Shown here piece after piece: positions 8,661 to 15,660 of a stretch of DNA of 27,168 bases (the first letter of the stretch is position 1; each line of letters begins with the position of its first letter). The translations under genes were made by a program, and so were the position numbers. A model generated the notes under the pieces. That model did not search any database and was not told the DNA's origin. It saw nothing but the letters and a program-made list of their open reading frames with translations. This DNA comes from an uncultured Nitrospirales bacterium (GTDB lineage: Bacteria; Hydrogenedentota; Hydrogenedentia; Hydrogenedentales; CAILVY01), in contig CAZLII010000001.1 of NCBI GenBank assembly GCA_964559065.1, positions 1 to 27,168 of the forward strand. The letters run 5' to 3'.

Positions 8661-9590
8661 ATGGCGGAAATGCACCCAGGCAAGACGGCGTATTTTGAAG
8701 GGAAATACATTCCGATTGAGGAAGCCCGGATCAGCGTGATGACGCATGCGTTCAATTATGGTACGGGCCTTTTTGAGGGCATTCGGGGTTATTACAGCGC
8801 CGAGGAGGACAACATCCTCATCTTCCGGCTGAAGGAACATATTGACCGCTTTGTCAGGAACTTCCGTATTCTGTGCATGGAAATCCCGGAATCGTTCGAG
8901 GAAATCGAGCGGATTTGCATTGAACTGGTGCGGCGCAGCGGATTCCGGGAAGGGGTCTATATCCGCCCGGTCTGCTACAAAAGTGAGTTATCGCTGGGGC
9001 CGACGTTGAAGGGGGTCAAGAGCAGTCTTTGCTGCTATGTGATCAAACTCGGCGACTACTGCGACACGCAGGCCGGGCTGGACGTGGCGGTGAGTTCGTG
9101 GCGGCGTCTTTCGGACAACGCCATACCGAGCCGCGTCAAGTCCACCGGCAGTTATCTCAACAGTTCCCTGGCCGCCACGGAGGCGAAGCAGGCGGGATTC
9201 CACGAGGCGATTTTTCTGCGCGAAGACGGCACGGTCGCCGAGGGCAGCGCCATGAACATGTTTATGGTGCATGACGGAAAGTTGTTCACCACACCGCCGA
9301 CGGCGGACATCCTGGTGGGGATCACGCGGAATACCGTTATACAAATCGCGAAAGAACAACTGGATCTGGAAGTGATTGAGCGGCCCATCGCGCGCACGGA
9401 GTTGTATGTGTGCGACGAGTTGTTTTTCTGCGGCACGGGCGCGCAGGTGGCCCCGGTGCGTTCAGTGGACCGCCGCATGCTGCGCAATGGGGAGCCTGGC
9501 CCGATCACGCGCCGCCTGCAGGAAGTCTATTTTGATGTCGTCCAAGGCAAAGTGCCGCAATACCGGCACTGGTGCACGCCGGTTTTTTGA
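8661..9590 (+). CDS. ilvE: Branched-chain amino acid aminotransferase (PLP fold type IV, 309 aa)
   Basis: HAFNYGTGLFEGIRGY, IFRLKEHIDR, YIRP, RVKSTGSY (PLP lysine), VAEGSAMN, ILVGITR, DELFFCGTGAQVAPV. Confidence 0.93.
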   Translation: MAEMHPGKTAYFEGKYIPIEEARISVMTHAFNYGTGLFEGIRGYYSAEEDNILIFRLKEHIDRFVRNFRILCMEIPESFEEIERICIELVRRSGFREGVYIRPVCYKSELSLGPTLKGVKSSLCCYVIKLGDYCDTQAGLDVAVSSWRRLSDNAIPSRVKSTGSYLNSSLAATEAKQAGFHEAIFLREDGTVAEGSAMNMFMVHDGKLFTTPPTADILVGITRNTVIQIAKEQLDLEVIERPIARTELYVCDELFFCGTGAQVAPVRSVDRRMLRNGEPGPITRRLQEVYFDVVQGKVPQYRHWCTPVF

Positions 9591-9643
9591 GTCAAAAGCA
9601 TCTTTTCTTCTGAATCTTCCGGGAATAAGCAGGAGCGCGCGGT

Positions 9644-9991
9644 ATGGTGGACACTGAAGAACGCCGCCGTATCCATTTTCGGGATGTATTGTCGGCGCGT
9701 TTTTGGGTGAATTATGCCGCCATTTTGGTATTGACCTCCTGGGTGCCCATGCTGACGCGCAAGAGCATTCTTCAGAACGAGGCGGGCGAAGTGATTCAGG
9801 AGAACGTCTCATCACTGCGCGTGTATGAATGCTATCTGGGCTTCCTCAGGCGGCCGGACCGCTGGTACTTCACCGCGATCTTCTTACACCTGTTCCTGTG
9901 TTTCTTCGTGTCGTTCTGGGTCTGGTACATCGTTATGCGCTTCCGCGAAGGTGGCCAGCGCGTCGCGCATCATGGAAGCGACGAAGATTGA
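9644..9991 (+). CDS. Hypothetical two-TM membrane protein (115 aa)
   Basis: AGGAG RBS; two hydrophobic segments (FWVNYAAILVLTSWVPML and YFTAIFLHLFLCFFVSFWVWYIV). Confidence 0.68.
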   Translation: MVDTEERRRIHFRDVLSARFWVNYAAILVLTSWVPMLTRKSILQNEAGEVIQENVSSLRVYECYLGFLRRPDRWYFTAIFLHLFLCFFVSFWVWYIVMRFREGGQRVAHHGSDED

Positions 9992-10050
9992 CCGGTTCAG
10001 ACGTAGCGGCTTCAATTACAGGTAAGGCGCCATGAGGGGCGCGCACAAGA

Positions 10051-11001
10051 TCAATGCAGTTGGCGCACAATTTCCGGTCCCCGCATCCAAAGCCACCAGA
10101 CGTGTTCCAGGACTGCGGTCAGCCGGTCATAGGTGACCACTGCCGCAGGCTGAAAGGCCGCTTCCCAGGTGGCGCGCTGGGCGCCGCTGTCGCAGCCGGC
10201 CAGATATACGAACTGTAATACGGGATTCTTCTCCATTTCCTGCACGTGTTCCGGTTCAATAAACCCTTCTTTCATAATGATTCCCTGGGCGGTGCCATGG
10301 GAGCCGATGAATACGAAGCGTCCTTCGCGCAGTGCACGTCGCAGCGAGTCTTCGGATAATTTCAGCATGACCACGCTGTCTTCACCCCATTTTTCGCGGG
10401 CGGCGGCGGCTACGCGGTAGAAACCAAGTGATAGCAGGCGGCGCGGAAACAGGTCATTGTCCTCAAAGAGAAGATAAGCCTCACCCGGGCGGGGATCATC
10501 CCGGACCATGCGGTCGGCCTGCCAGGCCAGAAACGCCCCCATCCCCCCCATTGCGTACAGCGCCCATGCCGACACGGCAGCCCCCGTGACGAGGCGCTTC
10601 CGCGCACCCAGCCAGTGAATCAAGAGCACCGGCCGACATGAGCCAAGCAGGGCGAGCGCGATGGAAAAAACCGTGATGGTGGCCCACACGATAAAGAGTT
10701 TTCGCATAAAACTTCGCAGCAGCGCTTCGGGATGGAATGCATCATAGGCCGGGCGAAAATGGACCATCATGTAGGATATGCCCGAGATCAACAGGATGAT
10801 GACCAGAAGAAACAGCAAGCCCACCAGAATAAGCCCCATGGCCTGGTTGTAGTGATGATGGAGAAACGGCTTGGCGCGGAATTTTCTTGCGCATACGAAG
10901 AGGGGCGCAATGCCGAGATACAGCGTGGCCGCCAGTGCGCGGCGCGACACGGCAACCGCCGTAGATTGAGGGGACGCATGATGTTGTGTTGTTTTGGACA
11001 T
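10051..11001 (-). CDS. Membrane protein (DUF4870/Tic20-like N-terminus, about 4 TM) fused to a caspase/CHAT-fold (clan CD) protease-like domain (316 aa)
   Basis: N-terminal LAATLYLGIAPL...PFLHHHYNQAMGL; C-terminal FVFIGSHG (His235) and FVYLAGCDSG (Cys270). Start taken at ATG 11001; the ORF is open to 11049. CDS confidence is high, domain call moderate. Confidence 0.75.
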   Translation of the reverse strand: MSKTTQHHASPQSTAVAVSRRALAATLYLGIAPLFVCARKFRAKPFLHHHYNQAMGLILVGLLFLLVIILLISGISYMMVHFRPAYDAFHPEALLRSFMRKLFIVWATITVFSIALALLGSCRPVLLIHWLGARKRLVTGAAVSAWALYAMGGMGAFLAWQADRMVRDDPRPGEAYLLFEDNDLFPRRLLSLGFYRVAAAAREKWGEDSVVMLKLSEDSLRRALREGRFVFIGSHGTAQGIIMKEGFIEPEHVQEMEKNPVLQFVYLAGCDSGAQRATWEAAFQPAAVVTYDRLTAVLEHVWWLWMRGPEIVRQLH

Positions 11002-11193
11002 ACAGGACAGAGTTATAACATCAGAGATGTTCCGGAGCAAAAAGGACACCCGATATGCATCCCGAAAGGAATTTGTTCAGGACCGCAAGTTTTTGACACA
11101 ACAATAAGCATTCCGGTGGGGAGTGCCGAGGATTCTCCATAATCAATGAAGGCTTGACCGGCCGTTGCGCAAATGCCTGGGATTACTGTCCTG

Positions 11194-11222
11194 TTGAATG
11201 TTGACAAGATGTTGGTTATCAT
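11194..11222 (+). promoter_or_regulatory. Sigma70-type promoter TTGAAT-N17-TATCAT
   Basis: Hexamers at 11194-11199 and 11217-11222 with a 17-nt spacer, 32 nt before the ATG at 11255; an additional TTGACA lies at 11201-11206. Confidence 0.55.
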
Positions 11223-11254
11223 CATTGTAGTGTAGAAAAGAGGGGAATAGGTTC

Positions 11255-12337
11255 ATGCCGCAGGATTCGATGGAGCAGGATGCATTGCGGCCCTGTCCGA
11301 TATGCCGTACACCTATTAGCGTGCTGGCGGTACGGTGTCGGCATTGCGGCGCGGAAGTGGGCCGCCCGCGCAAAGAAGCGGAGACCCTCACGATTCGCGA
11401 CCTTGGGGGGGAATCGGAAACGACGTATACAGTCTCGGGTAATGTGCTGGATGCCTTGGAGATTTTCCGGGCGGAGGAACTTTCCGCACAAGAGCAACAG
11501 CGGCGCGCCCGTGAGGCCGGTCATTCATCGTGGTTTCGTCGTCGTCAACCGGAAGAGGAAATCAAGGACAACCGGTCCGCGTCCAATTTGCCGCAATTGG
11601 ATGCCAAGCACCGGGACCTGGCGATGCTGGGCGCGGAATCGCAATCCACCAGCAGGCCGAGGCCTGCGCCCTCGGCGCGGTTGGAATTTGTCCGACGGTG
11701 TCTCATAGGTGGGGGCGTCATCATCGGGCTTCTTGTGCTCTATTTTGTGGGGGATTTTGCCTGGAAACGTGTTTCGGCGTATATGAACCGGTCGGGCATG
11801 TCGGACGAGTTTATGTACGTGAACCGCGCCCTGCAATGGCTGGAAGAGGGGCGTCCAGCCATTGAGGCGCTGGAAGAGGCCCTGGAGGCGCTCAAGTTCA
11901 ATAATACCCCTGAGAACCGCCGGATCGCGGATGAAGTGCGGGAGCGGTTTGTCGCAGAGATAGAAGACCTGCTCACCGAGTATCCCTGGCGTCGAAACAG
12001 CCTCGACCGCGCTTCCGCGCTGGTAAATCGGGCCGCGCAGAAAGACTCGCACAAAAGCATCCGCGAAATGCTGGATAGCGTCCAGGCGGAGGTGGCGGCT
12101 TTCAAACTGGTGCTCATGTCGGTTGATGCGCGGGAAGGCACGGCCACTTTCCGCCTGCATGATCCGAATTTCCCCCTGACGGAACAGACGGTTCGTGAAG
12201 GCGACTATGTCCAGGATCGTTTTCTGGTGAAGCGGATCACGGCCTCGAACGTCCGCCTCGAGGATGCAAAAGTGCAGACGCCGCGGGGATTCCGGACGGT
12301 TCTGGCGCGCCTGAGAACGCCTGTTGTGGGTGAGTGA
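11255..12337 (+). CDS. Zinc-ribbon, single-TM protein with a C-terminal GspC/PilP-like beta domain (360 aa)
   Basis: CPICRTPISVLAVRCRHCG (CxxC-x11-CxxC); TM LIGGGVIIGLLVLYFVG; C-terminus LVLMSVDAREGTATFRL...EQTVREGDYVQDRFLVKRITASNVRL. Confidence 0.78.
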   Translation: MPQDSMEQDALRPCPICRTPISVLAVRCRHCGAEVGRPRKEAETLTIRDLGGESETTYTVSGNVLDALEIFRAEELSAQEQQRRAREAGHSSWFRRRQPEEEIKDNRSASNLPQLDAKHRDLAMLGAESQSTSRPRPAPSARLEFVRRCLIGGGVIIGLLVLYFVGDFAWKRVSAYMNRSGMSDEFMYVNRALQWLEEGRPAIEALEEALEALKFNNTPENRRIADEVRERFVAEIEDLLTEYPWRRNSLDRASALVNRAAQKDSHKSIREMLDSVQAEVAAFKLVLMSVDAREGTATFRLHDPNFPLTEQTVREGDYVQDRFLVKRITASNVRLEDAKVQTPRGFRTVLARLRTPVVGE

Positions 12338-12380
12338 ATGCCTGGTGGCCGGGCGATGTTCCTGATTGATGCGGCGATTA

Positions 12381-12389
12381 TGCTATGAT
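12381..12389 (+). promoter_or_regulatory. Extended -10 element TGcTATGAT
   Basis: Lies in the 123-nt gap upstream of the lipoprotein gene; no convincing -35. Confidence 0.4.
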
Positions 12390-12460
12390 AAAGCGTGTTT
12401 GCCGTGCTTCAGGATTCTCGCGTCCCATTTCACATCAGATCATTGTAAGGAACACGCATT

Positions 12461-13075
12461 ATGCCGCATAAAGTGGCCATAGGGTTGTTGATTGTTTTGA
12501 CGGGGGTTATGGGGATGTCCTGCGCCGCCAAGCGGGAGAAAAGCCCTGCGCTTGACCTGTCGTCTCCGCAGTCCGCAGCGGAGTACGAAGCGCAACTGCG
12601 CGAGGTGGTTAACCGACATGTGGCGCACGCCGGCCGTGAGGAAGATATGACACGGGCGCCGCTCATCCGGCGCAGGCCGTATTACCTCAAGGAGTTTGTC
12701 CTTTATCCGTCGGACGCATCCGAGGCGCAGGTCACGTTGCAGCACCGGGAATCGCGCACCCGGCCCTACATTGCAGATGTGAAAGTGGAAAAGCGCAGGT
12801 ACTATACGGAGCCGCAGAAGAAGCGAAAGGCGGCGCAGCAGGATTTGAAATTTTACCGCGACACAGGCCACGAAACACTGACCTATGAGTACCGCGACAA
12901 CCGCTGGTGGCGGGTGGGCAGCCTCTTTGTTCCGGAGAAATCGGAGGAATATATCAACGGGGAGTGGTTGCCCCGCCAGGAAGAGGTCAGGGTTTTTGTG
13001 GAACCGGAAGATCGCGGCGGCTTTTGGCTCACCCGCAAGTTCAGGCAATGGTTCGGCAGGGACAAGGAAGAGTGA
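12461..13075 (+). CDS. Hypothetical lipoprotein (204 aa)
   Basis: AAGGA RBS; signal MPHKVAIGLLIVLTGVMGMS-C; polar, beta-rich mature region. Confidence 0.78.
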   Translation: MPHKVAIGLLIVLTGVMGMSCAAKREKSPALDLSSPQSAAEYEAQLREVVNRHVAHAGREEDMTRAPLIRRRPYYLKEFVLYPSDASEAQVTLQHRESRTRPYIADVKVEKRRYYTEPQKKRKAAQQDLKFYRDTGHETLTYEYRDNRWWRVGSLFVPEKSEEYINGEWLPRQEEVRVFVEPEDRGGFWLTRKFRQWFGRDKEE

Positions 13076-13104
13076 ACTCCACGACGCAGGGATTCGGGAG
13101 CGGG

Positions 13105-14403
13105 ATGGAGCAGCAAGAAACGTTGAATATCAAGACTGTCTGGATGGAAGCGGCCGTGATAGTTGTGGCTGTTGCGTTGGCCGCCTTGGGCGTGCGCCAT
13201 GTGATTGCGGGAGAGACGGTCAACAGCCGTATGGCCACGGTGTGGAGCCTGACCAAGCATGGCACGTGGTGCCTGGATCGCCCGGTGGACGAACCGCGAA
13301 ATCCGTTTGAAGCAATTACGGTGGACAAGGTTGCCGTCCGCGGGCGTCTGATCTCCAGCAAACCACCGATGATCCCACTGATTATGACGGGGGAATATCT
13401 GCTTCTACGGGGCCTTTTCGGGTGGGACTTGGAAAATCGGGATCATCTCAAGTCCATCCTGCAGGTTATGAACCTGACGCTGGTGGTCTTTGCGTACGCC
13501 ATCGCCCTGATTTTCTTTGCAAAGATATTGCGCCTTTTCGTCGAGAACCCATGGCGGCGATTGTTCTGGGTGGCGGCGATGGCCTTCTGCACACAGGTTT
13601 TTGGTTATTCCTCACAACTCAACAACCATGTACCGGCTGTCGGCATGCTCATGCCGATGCTGTATTTCGGCATCGGGCTGTCTTCCGGGAAATTGACGGC
13701 AAGGCCCTGGCGCTTCTTTATGTTCGGCCTGTGCGGGGCGCTCGTCTTCACCTTTGACTTGCCCATCACCATTTTCGTCGCATTGACGGGTCTCTATTTG
13801 CTGTATTGCCATCCCCGGAACACCCTGATTTGGACCACCCTGGGCGTCGCGGGACCGTTGTTGGTTCATTTCGCCATCATGACGGCAGTGACGGGAAGCC
13901 CCCTGCCGGTGCAACTAAACAAAGACTGTTATTTGTTCGAGTCTTCGATGTGGCGCAATCCCATGGGACTGGACAGCCTGAACGAGCCGAAACTGGTTTA
14001 CCTGTTCCATTTCACCTTCGGACGCCACGGGGTTTTTCTACTCTTCCCCATTCTCATCACCGGACTTCTGGGAGGCGTTCTGGCGTTGCTGCGTCGCGAT
14101 GTTCCCGGGCGCGGTTATGTACTGGGCGGCGCTATGGGCTTTCTGTTGATAAGTCTGTATTATTTGCTTAATACCCATGGATACGGCGGGGAAGCCTACG
14201 GGTTCCGGTGGTACATTGGGGCGATGCCCGTATTGCTTCTCATGGGCGCGTCGTTTCATGAGCGTGTGCACTCCCGATGGCTGTGGGGCGTGTTATTCGC
14301 TCTGGCGGTGGCGTCCGCCTATTCCGCCTGGGAATGCCATCAGAACCCGTGGGGCGCCGATCTCGAATGGACCGCGCGCCTGTTGTTCGGTCCAAGTCAT
14401 TAA
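13105..14403 (+). CDS. Polytopic membrane protein, GT-C-fold glycosyltransferase-like (432 aa)
   Basis: Start reassigned to ATG 13105 (GGGAG RBS; MEQQETL). First TM is followed by a loop SRMATVWSL..HGT...TVDK....GRLISSKPP, then about 10 TM segments including GYSSQLNNH and GFRWYIGAMP. Confidence 0.7.
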   Translation: MEQQETLNIKTVWMEAAVIVVAVALAALGVRHVIAGETVNSRMATVWSLTKHGTWCLDRPVDEPRNPFEAITVDKVAVRGRLISSKPPMIPLIMTGEYLLLRGLFGWDLENRDHLKSILQVMNLTLVVFAYAIALIFFAKILRLFVENPWRRLFWVAAMAFCTQVFGYSSQLNNHVPAVGMLMPMLYFGIGLSSGKLTARPWRFFMFGLCGALVFTFDLPITIFVALTGLYLLYCHPRNTLIWTTLGVAGPLLVHFAIMTAVTGSPLPVQLNKDCYLFESSMWRNPMGLDSLNEPKLVYLFHFTFGRHGVFLLFPILITGLLGGVLALLRRDVPGRGYVLGGAMGFLLISLYYLLNTHGYGGEAYGFRWYIGAMPVLLLMGASFHERVHSRWLWGVLFALAVASAYSAWECHQNPWGADLEWTARLLFGPSH

Positions 14404-15609
14404 TCAGGAAACGTCATTATTGCCGAGATACCGGATTGCCAGCGTGGCGAGCAGTTCGACAGCCAGGGGGATGGCGGCGTCATTGAAGTCAAAGCGCGGG
14501 TGGTGCAGGGAGAAGGGATTGCTGTTTTCCTTGTCGGTATTTCCCAGGAAGACATATGCGCCGGGGACTTTTTCGAGGTAGAAGGCGAAATCTTCGGAGG
14601 CCATGATGGGATGCTGCAATGTCACCAGAGATTCTTTGCCGAAGCAATCGGCAATGACGGTCCGGGCAAAGGAAGCCATTGCGGGGTCGTTACAGAGCGG
14701 CGGATAGCCGTCTTCATGAAGGGTGAAATGCGCTTGGGCGCGAAATCCTGCCGCAATCTGCGCCGCGATGCGCGGGATGGCTTCGATGATATGGTCGCGC
14801 ACGCGCGGTGACAAGGCGCGGAACCCGCCTTCCAGGCGGGCTTGCGCGGGAGTGACATTGGCGGCGGACCCCGCGTCCGCGCGCGTGACGGCAATCACCG
14901 CCGGTTCCCAAGGGCTTAACTCCCGGCTGACAATGCTCTGCAGCGCGGTGATAATGTGGGCTGCAACGAGGATCGGGTCCACGGTGTTGGCGGGGTCCGC
15001 CGCATGGCCTCCCCGTCCGATGATGTCTATGTGAAAACCGTCCATGCCGGCCATCACCGGCCCTTCACCGACAGCGGCCGCCCCCAAAGGCAGTGCGGGC
15101 CAGGCGTGCAGGGCAAATGCGGCGGAAACGCCGTCCAATACCCCCTCCTCCACGATTCTGCGGCCGCCCCCCGCCTGTTCCTCTGCGGGCTGGAATATCA
15201 GGCGCGCAGCGCCGCGCATGCGATGGCGATTGTTGGATAGTGTTTTCGCCGCGCCGCACAGACAGGCGATATGCCCGTCGTGCCCGCAGGCGTGCATGCG
15301 CCCGGGCGTCCTTGATGCGTAGGGCAGACCGGTTTCTTCCTGGATTTCCAGCGCATCCATGTCGGCGCGAAGCGCGACGATTTTTTGTTCAGATGGTTTT
15401 TCACCTTCGATGTCAGCGACAATCCCCGTGCCGCCGGCATGGCCTCTGGTAAACGGGATGTCGTTTTCTTCCAGGAACTGCGCGATCCGGTCTGAAGTCC
15501 AGTGTTCTTCAAAGCGGATTTCCGGGTGTTGATGGAGTTCATGGCGCAGCGCGACGATTTCAGGAAGAAGGGCGGCGGTCGCTTTTCGGATGGGGTTGTG
15601 CGTCACCAT
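14404..15609 (-). CDS. M20D family amidohydrolase (hippurate hydrolase/aminoacylase-like, 401 aa)
   Basis: RHELHQHPE, ALRADMDAL, MHACGHDGH, IFQPAEE, GRGGHAA.P, SEDFAFY, LHHPRFDF. Confidence 0.92.
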   Translation of the reverse strand: MVTHNPIRKATAALLPEIVALRHELHQHPEIRFEEHWTSDRIAQFLEENDIPFTRGHAGGTGIVADIEGEKPSEQKIVALRADMDALEIQEETGLPYASRTPGRMHACGHDGHIACLCGAAKTLSNNRHRMRGAARLIFQPAEEQAGGGRRIVEEGVLDGVSAAFALHAWPALPLGAAAVGEGPVMAGMDGFHIDIIGRGGHAADPANTVDPILVAAHIITALQSIVSRELSPWEPAVIAVTRADAGSAANVTPAQARLEGGFRALSPRVRDHIIEAIPRIAAQIAAGFRAQAHFTLHEDGYPPLCNDPAMASFARTVIADCFGKESLVTLQHPIMASEDFAFYLEKVPGAYVFLGNTDKENSNPFSLHHPRFDFNDAAIPLAVELLATLAIRYLGNNDVS

Positions 15610-15660
15610 TGACTGCGCTTTCGATAGTTGTTTTTAGGGACCCTGACCGTTTGGGCGGTG

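Noticed and set aside
12907-13104. N-terminal extensions in the ORF track (also 1763-1840, 19431-19586, 20363-20509, 20422-20553)
   Set aside because: They overlap neighbouring genes or promoters; downstream starts have an RBS or promoter and match family N-termini.
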